Positions 20,554 to 30,446 of a stretch of 64,000 nt of DNA are shown here, in pieces. Each line of letters starts with the position of its first letter. Within the stretch, counting starts at the first letter, position 1. Below the pieces are notes generated by a model, which had not been told where the DNA came from, made no database searches, and saw only the letters and a list, made by a program, of their open reading frames with translations. The DNA is from Sedimentisphaerales bacterium (GTDB lineage Bacteria > Planctomycetota > Phycisphaerae > Sedimentisphaerales > SM23-30). Made by a program: the position numbers and the translations under genes. Location: assembly GCA_963666285.1 (NCBI GenBank), contig OY762711.1; one strand, given 5' to 3'.

Positions 20554-22965
20554 ATGGAAACGGTTATCATAAGCTTAAACGAAATAAGTGACAAACTATT
20601 ATCGTTTATGGGATCTATGCTTCTGCAAAGCAGTATTATAATAATAGTAATAGCTGCCATTGACCTCATACTGAAATCAAAGGTAAAAGCAGTAATTCGC
20701 TATGGCCTTTGGATGCTGATTCTGCTAAAACTGGTTATCCCCCCTGACTTCGCTCTTCCAACCGGTATTGGCTATTGGATGCCGAAAGAAACTCAAAATA
20801 CTGAAACTGCCTCAACTATACAGCAGCCTCTTATGCCTGACCTGGAAAAATTCAAACCTGATACTGAACAGCCGGCATACAATAACCACGAAATTGAATT
20901 TCAACTATTAGCTGAAACTGAAAATATTGCACCGGCCACTGATAATTCACCATCAATTACCCTTAAAAGTGTTATTATTCTTTCCTGGTCATTATTGTTT
21001 ATACTTGGAACTATATTCACATTTAAACGATATAGATACGTCAAAAATATTATAGCTGATTCCCACCCCGCCAAGCCGAAACTTATCAACCTCATGAGAC
21101 AATATAAAAACGAACTAAATATCAATAGAAATATTGATATCAGGATCACTAAAGAATCTCAAAGCCCTTCGGTATGTGGAATTATAAAACCGGTTATACT
21201 GTTTCCTCTTAACCTGTCTGACAAACTTAGCACTATACAGCTTAAAGCTGTTCTTATGCATGAGCTGACACATGTCAAAAGATATGACCTGCTGATAAAT
21301 ACCATACAGGCTATTCTGCAGCTTATATATTTCTTCCATCCGTTACTGTGGTTTGCCAACTCAAGAATTCGCAAGATACGCGAGCAGGTGGTCGATGAAT
21401 CTGTTATGCTCGCTATGGGCCATGAAGCCGAATATTATCCTACAACCCTTCTGGAAATATCAAGGAGTATTATTATGAAACCCGCATTACGTCTGAATAT
21501 GATAGAAGTCGTAGAATCAAAATCATCTTTAATACAAAGAATTAAACGGATTGCTTCCATGCCGCTGCCCAAGAATGCAAGGCTTGGAACGGCCGGACTA
21601 ACCTGTATAATAATAGCCGCAGCTATTCTGCTGCCTATGGCCGGTAACAGCGAAATCGTTAATGCAAAAGATATTGAAACTATTCCGGAATCAGCTGAAA
21701 AATCTGAAGAACAAGCTCAGCACCCTGAAGTCACCTCGACTGAACTTGCTAAGCCTGAAGTAAAAATAACAATAGATGAAAAAACTGAAGTTGAAAATAA
21801 TCTGCAATTGGCTGATGAAACCAGTCCGGCAACACTGACAACAAAACCTGAAACTTCAAGTACAGGACATGCCATGGGCGGCGGTATGATAATGGGCGGA
21901 GCTATGCCGGGCAGTGGTATGGGCGGTGGTATGATGATGGGCGGAGCTATGCCGGGCGGTGGTATGGGCGGTGGTCTGATGATGGGCGGAGCTATGCCGG
22001 GCGGTGGTATGGGCGGTGGTCTGATGGGAGCAGCCCAAACTAATTTTCGGTCAGAAGCTGCAAATTCAAGCGCAACGGCTGATGTCGCTGAGATAATGCC
22101 GATGACCGAACTGCTTGTCCCTCGCCTGCTTGATACCAGGGACCTTATCGAAACTATTCAGCATAATAAACAACAGGAACAATACGACCCAATCATAGTG
22201 GAAATTGACAAAAAAATTCTCGAAAATGAACTGAACCTGCGGGAAGCAACAATAATGAATGACAATATAGCCATCTCTATCGCAAAAGAGAAACTGCAAT
22301 TTCTTAATGAGCAAAAAGAAATAAGGGAAATTAAACAACAACAGCTGCAACAGGAACAGGCTGCTGAATTGGAAAAGCAATATCGTAAAATGACAGAAGC
22401 GGCAAAAGTCAGCCAGGAAAGCCAGAATAAACTGAGAGATATGATGGTTAACAGTCAGAAACGAAAAGTACCGCCAACTCTGACAAGTGACAGTTATATT
22501 ATTACCTGTAGAATCCTGAACGAAACAAAGCTGCAATTAGAATTTGAAGATGTTTCTCTTGAAGAAGCTATAAATCAGATTAGTGATAAGGTTAATGTAA
22601 ATATCCTGGTCTTCTGGAACGAACTCGACTTGACCGGCGTTACCAGGGACGACCTGGTAAGTCTTAAATTTTCTAAAGAAGTATCCGCCGGCAAAGCACT
22701 TGAGCTGGCATTGAAATATGTCACAATCGACCCTTCACGACCTATTGGCTACGACGTGGATGAGGAGGGAAATGTTTTTGTTAAAGAAGTTGGGAAAGAT
22801 CATGATTATGAGTTTCGTACTTATTATATAGGTGATCTTGTCAGGCCAATATATACTCCGAATTATGGCCAGAACCAGGGCAGCAATAACAATAACAATA
22901 ACCGTAACAACACCGGAAACCAAAACAATAGATCCAGGTCATCCGGCGGCATGCGAAGCAGGTAA
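20554..22965 (+). CDS. BlaR1-like peptidase M56 signal transducer with a Gly/Met-repeat linker, coiled coil and secretin-N/STN-like C-terminal domain
   Basis: RYGLWMLILLKL..PP, SPSVCG..KPVI, HELTH (HExxH), FFHPLLW..EQVVD. No penicillin-binding domain recognised. Confidence 0.85.
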   Translation: METVIISLNEISDKLLSFMGSMLLQSSIIIIVIAAIDLILKSKVKAVIRYGLWMLILLKLVIPPDFALPTGIGYWMPKETQNTETASTIQQPLMPDLEKFKPDTEQPAYNNHEIEFQLLAETENIAPATDNSPSITLKSVIILSWSLLFILGTIFTFKRYRYVKNIIADSHPAKPKLINLMRQYKNELNINRNIDIRITKESQSPSVCGIIKPVILFPLNLSDKLSTIQLKAVLMHELTHVKRYDLLINTIQAILQLIYFFHPLLWFANSRIRKIREQVVDESVMLAMGHEAEYYPTTLLEISRSIIMKPALRLNMIEVVESKSSLIQRIKRIASMPLPKNARLGTAGLTCIIIAAAILLPMAGNSEIVNAKDIETIPESAEKSEEQAQHPEVTSTELAKPEVKITIDEKTEVENNLQLADETSPATLTTKPETSSTGHAMGGGMIMGGAMPGSGMGGGMMMGGAMPGGGMGGGLMMGGAMPGGGMGGGLMGAAQTNFRSEAANSSATADVAEIMPMTELLVPRLLDTRDLIETIQHNKQQEQYDPIIVEIDKKILENELNLREATIMNDNIAISIAKEKLQFLNEQKEIREIKQQQLQQEQAAELEKQYRKMTEAAKVSQESQNKLRDMMVNSQKRKVPPTLTSDSYIITCRILNETKLQLEFEDVSLEEAINQISDKVNVNILVFWNELDLTGVTRDDLVSLKFSKEVSAGKALELALKYVTIDPSRPIGYDVDEEGNVFVKEVGKDHDYEFRTYYIGDLVRPIYTPNYGQNQGSNNNNNNRNNTGNQNNRSRSSGGMRSR
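21874..22026 (+). repeat. in-frame 45-bp tandem repeat (MGGAMPGGGMGGGL/MM x3 plus a partial copy)
   Basis: Near-identical units ATGGGCGGAGCTATGCCGGGC(A/G)GTGGTATGGGCGGTGGT(A/C)TGATG starting at 21892. Confidence 0.95.
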
Positions 22966-23012
22966 TCCGGCTGATTAGTTAACCTCCACTTTTCAAGTGT
23001 TCACCTTTTTTC

Positions 23013-23043
23013 TAAGAGTTCTCTTCGAGAACTCTTATTTTTT
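23013..23043 (+). terminator. intrinsic terminator 1 downstream of the M56 gene
   Basis: TAAGAGTTCTC-TTC-GAGAACTCTTA followed by a T run. Confidence 0.8.
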
Positions 23044-23090
23044 GCCAACAGCATTAGTCTAATAACCTCCACTGCTAAGTGGAATTATGC

Positions 23091-23123
23091 AAGAGCTCTC
23101 TTTAATGGGAGCTCTTCTTTTTT
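23091..23123 (+). terminator. intrinsic terminator 2 (related sequence)
   Basis: AAGAGCTCTC-TTTAAT-GGGAGCTCTT followed by a T run. Confidence 0.7.
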
Positions 23124-23135
23124 ACAGCTCCATAT

Positions 23136-23175
23136 TAAACTCAGACTTGAGTTTATCTTCCAAACATTCTATAAT
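23136..23175 (+). promoter_or_regulatory. sigma-70 promoter with an overlapping palindromic operator
   Basis: TTGAGT-17bp-TATAAT. A perfect TAAACTCA-GACT-TGAGTTTA palindrome covers the -35. Confidence 0.7.
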
Positions 23176-23223
23176 AACTGGTTGTAACCTGCCACACAAA
23201 CACACCACACAACTATAACACTA

Positions 23224-24429
23224 ATGAAAAACAACAAATTATATATACTTTTTCTTGGACTTATCGGAGCTATCCCACCACTTGCAACTGACATGTATCT
23301 TGCGTCTATACCTAAAATTGCATCTCAATGGCAAGTTGATGAATCGCTGATTAATCTATCCCTGGTTCTCTGGTTCGCTTCATACAGCATTGCATTGTTA
23401 ATCTGGGGAAGCTTATCCGATCGTTACGGCAGACGCCCCATTCTTATCTACGGTCTCATTGGTTTTATTATTTCATCTGTTATTTGTGCGATTTCCCAGG
23501 GACCGTACCAGCTTATTGGCGCCCGTGTCCTGCAAGGCACTTTTGCCGCTGGAGCTTCATCAATGGTAATGGCAATTGCACGCGATAAGTACCACGGTAA
23601 AGAACGCCAAAGAATACTTGCATGGATCGGTATCATACTTGGTATAACACCCATGGTCGCACCATCAATCGGCGCGACTATCCTTAAATATGCCAGCTGG
23701 AGATTTATCTTTGCCGCCCAGGGCGGCTTGTCTGTCCTGTCCTTCATACTCACACTTGGCATTTATTCTGAAACGGCCACTACCCTGGAAAAGGGAGGAA
23801 TACCCCAGGCATTCAAGCGATATATAAGATTAGCTAAGAATAAAAACTATATGCTTACCAACGGAACAACAGGGCTAATGTCAGCTGCTTTTCTTGGATT
23901 TATTGGATTTTCTCCCTCAGCCTACATAATCCACTTCGGAATGTCAGAACAAAGATTCGGGTTACTTTTCGGTGCTAACGCTCTCTGTTCGATTGCAGGA
24001 GCTGCGGCATGTGTCAGGCTGATAAAAAACTACAGCGAACATAAGTTAATCTGGCTTACCTTTATCGGGTCACTTATTGGCGGTACTGTTATCCTTTTGG
24101 CCGGCAGCACGTTCTGGCTCATATTCACCTTAGGCATGGGGCTGATTTCCTTTTCTTTCGGAATCAGCAGACCGCTTGTCAATCATCTCATCCTCGAACA
24201 GGTCAACCAGGATATTGGAGCCGCTTCATCAGGCATTATCTGCTATCAGTTTATTGCCGGGGCTATCGGTATCGCAATATCAACTCACCAATGGCAAAAA
24301 CCATTTCTTGCCTACGGAATACTTGCTGTTTCCTGCCAGCTTATTATAATAGTAATTTGGCCTTACCTGCTTAAACGCATTAAGCATACAGAAAGCAGCC
24401 CACAATTGGATAACTCTTGCAATGAATGA
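23224..24429 (+). CDS. Bcr/CflA family MFS efflux transporter
   Basis: PLATDMYL and GSLSDRYGRRP (motif A); 12 TM segments. Confidence 0.9.
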   Translation: MKNNKLYILFLGLIGAIPPLATDMYLASIPKIASQWQVDESLINLSLVLWFASYSIALLIWGSLSDRYGRRPILIYGLIGFIISSVICAISQGPYQLIGARVLQGTFAAGASSMVMAIARDKYHGKERQRILAWIGIILGITPMVAPSIGATILKYASWRFIFAAQGGLSVLSFILTLGIYSETATTLEKGGIPQAFKRYIRLAKNKNYMLTNGTTGLMSAAFLGFIGFSPSAYIIHFGMSEQRFGLLFGANALCSIAGAAACVRLIKNYSEHKLIWLTFIGSLIGGTVILLAGSTFWLIFTLGMGLISFSFGISRPLVNHLILEQVNQDIGAASSGIICYQFIAGAIGIAISTHQWQKPFLAYGILAVSCQLIIIVIWPYLLKRIKHTESSPQLDNSCNE

Positions 24430-25432
24430 GACAAATAATAATAAACTCATTACTAAGATCAGGATTCTCTTGCCTGGCATTATTTTATGCTCAATACTGG
24501 CAATTATTGCTTCCTTCATGGGAAAGTACGCTTTCGGGCTCGGGTCAACAACAGTTGCTCTTCTGCTCGGCATTATAGCGGGCAATACGATCAAATACAC
24601 ACCATTACTGCCCGGCATAGAATCGGTTGAAAAGAAACTGCTGCCGTTTGCTATCGCCGTGCTGGGCGTTCAGCTTAACCTGCTGGACCTCCAGGCACTA
24701 GGCAGCAAAGCTATCTTACTCATATTAACCATCGTGCCATTCACAATTATTCTTTCGCTCGCTCTCGGTAAATTTTTCGGCCTTACCAAAAGCCAGTCTA
24801 TTTTACTAGGCAGCGGAAACGCTATCTGCGGTTCCAGTGCAATTGCAGGAGTCAACAAGGTTATAAAAGCGAATCAGGAAGAGGTCGGACTCAGCATTGC
24901 AGCTGTAAACCTGATGGGTACTATTGGCTTATTTACTTTTCCGGTTATTCTTAAATTGATGGATTTCTCCCAGGAACAATCCGGTTTTTCGCTGGGAGGG
25001 AGCCTGCAGGCTGTCGGCCATGCCGTTGCCGCCGGGTTCGGCATGTCAGACGACATAGGTAAAACCGCTATCATTATTAAAATGGGACGCGTGCTTATGC
25101 TTGGCCCGGTTGTCATTATCCTGGGGATAATAAACAGTAAAAATAAAATTCAGAAAGATGATAATATTAAAGTTGCATTACCTGTTCCACTTTTCATAAT
25201 TGGCTTTTTTGCTATGTCACTGCTCTCGACCTTTGTCCTGACCAATGAAAATACGATTTCATCTATTCAGCATATTGGAAAAACTTTGCTGAATATCGCA
25301 ATGGCAGGTATTGGTATGAGGATCGTATTTTCTGCCTTGATAAAACAGGGACCGAAAATTTTATGCGTCGAAATAATTATTGGTGCTATTATGTTTGGCG
25401 CCACTATAGCTTTATCTTCTATTTTATTATAA
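24422..25432 (+). CDS. YeiH (UPF0324) family putative sulfate exporter
   Basis: GNAICGSSAI, K(M)GRVLML, P.FIIGF, AMAGIG. Confidence 0.88.
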   Translation: MNETNNNKLITKIRILLPGIILCSILAIIASFMGKYAFGLGSTTVALLLGIIAGNTIKYTPLLPGIESVEKKLLPFAIAVLGVQLNLLDLQALGSKAILLILTIVPFTIILSLALGKFFGLTKSQSILLGSGNAICGSSAIAGVNKVIKANQEEVGLSIAAVNLMGTIGLFTFPVILKLMDFSQEQSGFSLGGSLQAVGHAVAAGFGMSDDIGKTAIIIKMGRVLMLGPVVIILGIINSKNKIQKDDNIKVALPVPLFIIGFFAMSLLSTFVLTNENTISSIQHIGKTLLNIAMAGIGMRIVFSALIKQGPKILCVEIIIGAIMFGATIALSSILL

Positions 25433-25442
25433 CTTAACCTGC

Positions 25443-26207
25443 ATGGAACTATCCTGGGAAATATACCTGTTACTTTGGGCTGCCGGACTACTCGGCGGGT
25501 TTGTTGACTCTATCGCCGGCGGCGGAGGGATTATTACCGTTCCGGTACTGCTGGCTGTCGGCATACCGCCGCATGTTGTTCTTGGCACCAACAAGCTGCA
25601 GGCTTCTTTTGGTTCGGTAACCGCTTCCACTCATTATGCTCGCAGCGAACTTGTTGACATACGCAAGACCGTACCAGGTATCGCATTTACCGCTCTTGGC
25701 GCTCTCATTGGCACCTTCACAATCCAGCAAATCGAACCGGAATTTCTCAAACTAATACTGCCGATTCTGCTGGCAGCTATTTTTATCTATGTGCTGCTGT
25801 CACCCCAACAAGGCAAACACGACACCAACCCCATTGCTCATCCGCTGCTGTTCTACCTGGCTGCCGGACTCGGTATTGGTTTTTACGATGGTTTTTTCGG
25901 ACCAGGAACCGGAAATTTCTGGACAATCGCTTTCATTACCCTGCTCGGTTATAATATTAAAAAAGCTACCGCCCACACCAAGATCATGAACGCCGCCAGC
26001 AATCTGGTATCTCTAGCTGCATTCGCATTTAGCGGCTATATAATGATAATACCGGGTATAGTCATGGGCAGCGGCCAGCTGATCGGCTCTTCCATCGGTG
26101 CTCATATGGTGTTAAAAAAAGGAACCGGATTTGTCCGCATATTCTTCCTCTTTGTCGTCGCCGTAACCATCGGCAGACTGATCTATAAAAATTATTTCCC
26201 TGACTAG
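25443..26207 (+). CDS. TSUP (TauE/SafE, YfcA-like) transporter
   Basis: GFVDSIAGGGGII, LGTNKL, GFYDGFFGPGTG. Confidence 0.92.
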   Translation: MELSWEIYLLLWAAGLLGGFVDSIAGGGGIITVPVLLAVGIPPHVVLGTNKLQASFGSVTASTHYARSELVDIRKTVPGIAFTALGALIGTFTIQQIEPEFLKLILPILLAAIFIYVLLSPQQGKHDTNPIAHPLLFYLAAGLGIGFYDGFFGPGTGNFWTIAFITLLGYNIKKATAHTKIMNAASNLVSLAAFAFSGYIMIIPGIVMGSGQLIGSSIGAHMVLKKGTGFVRIFFLFVVAVTIGRLIYKNYFPD

Positions 26208-26211
26208 ACAT

Positions 26212-26264
26212 AAAAAAAACACCTTGAACAATGATAATGCTATCATCAGAAATCAAGGTGTTTT
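26212..26264. terminator. bidirectional terminator between convergent genes
   Basis: AAAACACCTTGA...TCAAGGTGTTTT stem with A/T runs on both sides. Confidence 0.65.
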
Positions 26265-26280
26265 ATGATAATTTGTAATA

Positions 26281-27162
26281 TTAAAACTCAACAACTGACC
26301 ATATCGCGTTATGGTCAGACAAAAACTGATCACCAACCCTGGCCGGGCCTACCTCGCCTGTCTTAACCTCAACATCTTCCGTACAGAAAATAAAATCTAT
26401 CCGATCGGTTAATTTATCACTGTCATAGCAGTTAAATGTTCCTCGCAAACTCTCTTTGGTACCGACTTTCGCCAGAGTATCAACCATACATATATCAGGC
26501 TTTTCTTCGCTCTTGCCGCATATATACTTGATTGGTCCGCTTTCCGGATAACTGTTAAAGTCACCTGTCAAAAATACCGGTTCACCTTTACTGATCTCAG
26601 CTATTTTAGCTGTTATAAGTTTTGCACTTTCATCTTTTGCCTGCTGTGACCGATGGTCAAAGTGAGTATTAAAAAAATAAAACGGCTTAGAACTGGCAAT
26701 ATCAATCAACTTAACCCAGCTGCATATCCGGTTACAGGACGAGTTCCAGCTCCTGCTTCCAGCAACTTCAGGGGTTTTCGACAGCCAGAACGTGCCGCAA
26801 CTGTCCAGGACATATTTCGTTTTGTTATAAAATACCGGGCTGAACTCACCGCGGCATTTACCATCGTCTCTGCCAACACCTGCCATCGAATAGTCGTCCA
26901 GGTTTTGCTGCAGATACTTAACCTGCACCAACTCAGCTTCCTGCATGCCAATCACATCCGGCTTCAGCTCATTCACATATTTCGCCAGGGCCGACTTTCG
27001 ATTATCCCATGAGTTCGCCCCCCTATCCCCACCGGCATAACGAAGATTATAACTGGCCAACTTCAGCTCTGTTTTACTATAATCTTTACCTGTCCCAACT
27101 CCATAACAAACGCCAAATACCAGGAACATAAATACCACAAAAACCATTCTTCGAATGTTCAT
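26281..27162 (-). CDS. secreted endonuclease/exonuclease/phosphatase (EEP) family protein
   Basis: Signal peptide, SYNLR, GMQE, NTHFDH, GDFN, IDFIF, SDH. Confidence 0.9.
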   Translation of the reverse strand: MNIRRMVFVVFMFLVFGVCYGVGTGKDYSKTELKLASYNLRYAGGDRGANSWDNRKSALAKYVNELKPDVIGMQEAELVQVKYLQQNLDDYSMAGVGRDDGKCRGEFSPVFYNKTKYVLDSCGTFWLSKTPEVAGSRSWNSSCNRICSWVKLIDIASSKPFYFFNTHFDHRSQQAKDESAKLITAKIAEISKGEPVFLTGDFNSYPESGPIKYICGKSEEKPDICMVDTLAKVGTKESLRGTFNCYDSDKLTDRIDFIFCTEDVEVKTGEVGPARVGDQFLSDHNAIWSVVEF

Positions 27163-27193
27163 TGCCTAAACCTCTTTTTTTATTAAATATGTT

Positions 27194-27220
27194 AAAAAAA
27201 GGCGGCCATACAACCGCCTT
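27194..27220 (-). terminator. intrinsic terminator after the phosphomannomutase gene
   Basis: Minus strand AAGGCGGT-TGTAT-GGCCGCCTT followed by a T run. Confidence 0.75.
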
Positions 27221-27306
27221 GAAAATTTAAAACTTTCGCAAAGATTTAAATAAACTTCGCATCAACACCAGAATTTATCACTTAATTTAAATGCCTTGCG
27301 GCTATA

Positions 27307-28677
27307 TCAGTGGTCAACCGGCTCGCCCAACATCTCTTTGATCTCGCCGAATTTCTCAGCCAGCCTCTCGGCACTCTTGGCTTCTACATTTAACCTTAAA
27401 AGCGGTTCGGTATTGCTCGGACGGCAGTTAAACCACCAGTCATCACATTCAATTGTTACACCATCCAGCCAGTCGCCCTTGCCGTATTTTTCTTCCAGCT
27501 TCTTCATGGTGCCTTCTTTATCTTCAACTTCAAAGTTAACTTCGCCGCTGCTGTGATAAACAAGATACGGAGCAAACAACTCACTCACCGGCTTGTCATT
27601 TTCTGACAAAATATTCAGCAGGTGCACCAGCGTAATCATACCACTATCGGCAAAGAAATTGTCACGATAGTAAAAGTGGCCGCTCAGCTCACCGCCAAAT
27701 ACAGCCTTAGTATCCTTCAAGGTCTTCTTCATAAACGAATGACCGACACGCTCTCTGCGAGGTACACCGCCGCAACGCTCGATAGTCTCTTTCAACGCCC
27801 AGCTGCTGCGAAGGTCGTATACTATCGCAGAGCCCGGATTATCCTTCAGGAAATATTCAGCCAGCAGAGCCGTAAAGATATCACAGCTTACCGGGGTACC
27901 ATTTTCATCTACGACCACCAGTCTGTCTGCGTCGCCGTCAAAACAAACACCAACGTCAGCTTTATGTTCGGCTATCGCGGCCTTCAGCTCCGACAGGTTA
28001 CTCTCTACCAGCGGGTTAGGATCATGATTAAATGTCCCGTTTGTCTCCTGGTTCAACAGGATCATTTCAATATCAAGATCGCCAAAAATCTTTGGCACAC
28101 TCTTACCGGCCATACCGTTCGAACAGTCAACAACCATCTTTACCTTCTTAAGGTTACTGGTCAAAAACTGGAGTACATGCGCCTTGTACGGCTCGTACAG
28201 ATCCATCTCGGTAACTTTGCCCTTACCGGCTGCTGCAGTATGCTTCAAAGAAGATGCGATGTGCTGAATCTCTTTCAGACCGGTATCAGAACCGATTGGA
28301 CGAGCCTTGAGACCGCTTATCTTAAAACCGTTATAAGGGGCTGAATTATGGCTCGCTGTGGTCTGCACCCCGCCGCAGGTTCCAAGGTGATTAATCGCAA
28401 AGTAAATCTGAGGGGTATCGATCATACCTATATTGATTACATTCGCTCCCGAACCGGTCATGCCGTCAATCAACGACTTCACCAGTGACGGGCTGTGTGT
28501 ACGCATATCATAACCTACAACTATAGACTGGGCATTTTCCTGACCACGCTCAAAACCCTCCAGCAGACTGCGGAGAAACTGGGCACTTGCATGACCGATC
28601 TTCCATGCTGCTTCTTCTGTTACCTGCTCGCCATATAAGCCTCTGATATCGTAAGCCTTAAAGATTTTTTGATCCAT
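27307..28677 (-). CDS. phosphomannomutase/phosphoglucomutase
   Basis: FKAYDIRG, TASHN, FDGDADR, GELSGH, RPSNTEP. Confidence 0.95.
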   Translation of the reverse strand: MDQKIFKAYDIRGLYGEQVTEEAAWKIGHASAQFLRSLLEGFERGQENAQSIVVGYDMRTHSPSLVKSLIDGMTGSGANVINIGMIDTPQIYFAINHLGTCGGVQTTASHNSAPYNGFKISGLKARPIGSDTGLKEIQHIASSLKHTAAAGKGKVTEMDLYEPYKAHVLQFLTSNLKKVKMVVDCSNGMAGKSVPKIFGDLDIEMILLNQETNGTFNHDPNPLVESNLSELKAAIAEHKADVGVCFDGDADRLVVVDENGTPVSCDIFTALLAEYFLKDNPGSAIVYDLRSSWALKETIERCGGVPRRERVGHSFMKKTLKDTKAVFGGELSGHFYYRDNFFADSGMITLVHLLNILSENDKPVSELFAPYLVYHSSGEVNFEVEDKEGTMKKLEEKYGKGDWLDGVTIECDDWWFNCRPSNTEPLLRLNVEAKSAERLAEKFGEIKEMLGEPVDH

Positions 28678-28920
28678 TTGTCAAATTCCTTATGTACTCT
28701 CTTTGTTGTTTATTCTCCGGCACAACTGCCGATTTATTCGCTAAATTTAGTTAATTATAAGATATCCCGCTCCATAGTCAACGATTATACGAACATCAAC
28801 ACTAAAAACACTCACAACACACTGACACAAAAGACTTTAAGACAAAAACGGCCAATACTATTTCCTGCATGATTGCAAAATAACTTGCATTTTAATGCAA
28901 ATTACCCGGCAAAATATTTT

Positions 28921-30246
28921 TCACCGCCTGCTACCTCCCCCCCTCAAACTCTCAACCCATTCCTTGAATTCTTTTTCTTCTTTTTCGTCAAGTTCTTTTA
29001 TTTCAGCCTCTCTTGTTTTTTTCCTCTCTTCAATTTGATCGTAAACATTTACCCAAGGCGTTTCTTTTATTGTCTGCTTACGAAATTCCTCATCTTCTTC
29101 ATAACCTTTTCTACGACACATGATCGCTCTGTCATTTTTCCTTCTTTCTAATTTCACTCTCGCTTTCATAGCATCAATTCTTAATTGTCTTTCTTTATTA
29201 ATATAATCACTATCATATTCAAAATATCTCCTTCCGTAAGGATTTGTAAATGCTGCGCCATTTATCCTGAGATATGGATTATTTCCAGAAGTTGAAGCAA
29301 CTACTTTAAATTCAATAATTGAGTAATATTTTCCCATTGAATCTTTTATATATAGATAAAATGGCTGAGCAAAGAAATCGGCATTAGGATTATCAGGTTC
29401 GGCTAAAAAGTTTTCGTATGTGCATTCAGATATATAACCTTCTGCTGGAGCTTCATATAGTTTTTTGTCTGTCAAAAAGAAAAGTGCTTCATTTGATTCA
29501 GATCTGAAAGTTAATTCAAACCTGGAACAATCTGCATTGAAATCGCATGTAATAACAAGATCATTATTACTATTTAACTCTTCTGTCCTATCGCTATTAT
29601 TATAATTTCCATAAATATCAATCCATTGTGGAAAATATATTGGTTTATAAGGAGTATTATTATTTTTATCAAACTTGCCAATAAAACCTCCTGTCACTAG
29701 ATAGTCAAGAACACCTTGTTTACGGAGGAAATATCTGACAGGACTATTCGGGCCAGTAACAACTTCAGTTTTTTTCAAATCCCTGGCAATTACTCCTCCC
29801 TCATAACTCAAAGATATATAATCCTTATTTTTTGAAAAAATAAATTCATATCCTTTTTTTTCAATATTCTTTACAAATAGCAAGTGGCCTTTTTTATTAT
29901 CAATTGAGAATATCCCTTTTTCGTCCGTAGCCAGATTATAAGTTTGATCCATTCCACCTGCATTCAATTTAGTATAGTCTCTAATAGAATATGTGACAAT
30001 AGCATTTCCAACCGGATTACCATCCAAATCTACTACCTTTCCCCAGAAATTAATATCGCTGCGAATTTTTAATTCACTTTCCTTTTCTTTTTCCTTAAAA
30101 TTTTGTATCCATTTTTCCCTGTGTTCTCTATCGGCTTTATCAGCTTGACCTAAGCTAATACTACCAACATCATTTCTTCCGACCTCACATGAAATCAAAC
30201 ACACAGCTAAACAAATAAGCAGCAGGATATGCAAAATAGATTTCAT
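28921..30246 (-). CDS. hypothetical lipoprotein with a carboxypeptidase-regulatory-like domain, paralog A
   Basis: Lipobox LISC; INFWGKVVD.DGNPV.NA.V; charged C-terminal helix; paralogous to 30447-31697. Start taken at MKSILH (GAAGGG RBS). Confidence 0.75.
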   Translation of the reverse strand: MKSILHILLLICLAVCLISCEVGRNDVGSISLGQADKADREHREKWIQNFKEKEKESELKIRSDINFWGKVVDLDGNPVGNAIVTYSIRDYTKLNAGGMDQTYNLATDEKGIFSIDNKKGHLLFVKNIEKKGYEFIFSKNKDYISLSYEGGVIARDLKKTEVVTGPNSPVRYFLRKQGVLDYLVTGGFIGKFDKNNNTPYKPIYFPQWIDIYGNYNNSDRTEELNSNNDLVITCDFNADCSRFELTFRSESNEALFFLTDKKLYEAPAEGYISECTYENFLAEPDNPNADFFAQPFYLYIKDSMGKYYSIIEFKVVASTSGNNPYLRINGAAFTNPYGRRYFEYDSDYINKERQLRIDAMKARVKLERRKNDRAIMCRRKGYEEDEEFRKQTIKETPWVNVYDQIEERKKTREAEIKELDEKEEKEFKEWVESLRGGGSRR

Positions 30247-30329
30247 AAATATACCCTTCATCAAACATTGACCTATATTATTTCATCTGATAATTTTTTT
30301 GCACCAAATATTGTGGCATGAAAACTCAA

Positions 30330-30429
30330 GGCGACCGCTGAAATTGCTTTTGATGCGATAGTTTAAGATTTTGATTGCCGCCAGGCAAAAGAAAAACTAG
30401 TCGTTCAAAATGAATTTTCAGAGGGTGTC
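30330..30429. mobile_element. palindromic MITE-like element, copy 1
   Basis: GAAATTGCTTTTGATGCGA...CAAAATGAATTTTCAGAG is shared with the 52531 and 61685 copies; imperfect terminal inverted repeats; TCAA on both flanks. Confidence 0.7.
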
Positions 30430-30446
30430 TCAAATATTCACTTGAT

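Noticed and set aside
28937..28943. C7 homopolymer as a phase-variation switch
   Set aside because: It lies in the last few codons of the gene, so slippage would change only the extreme C-terminus.
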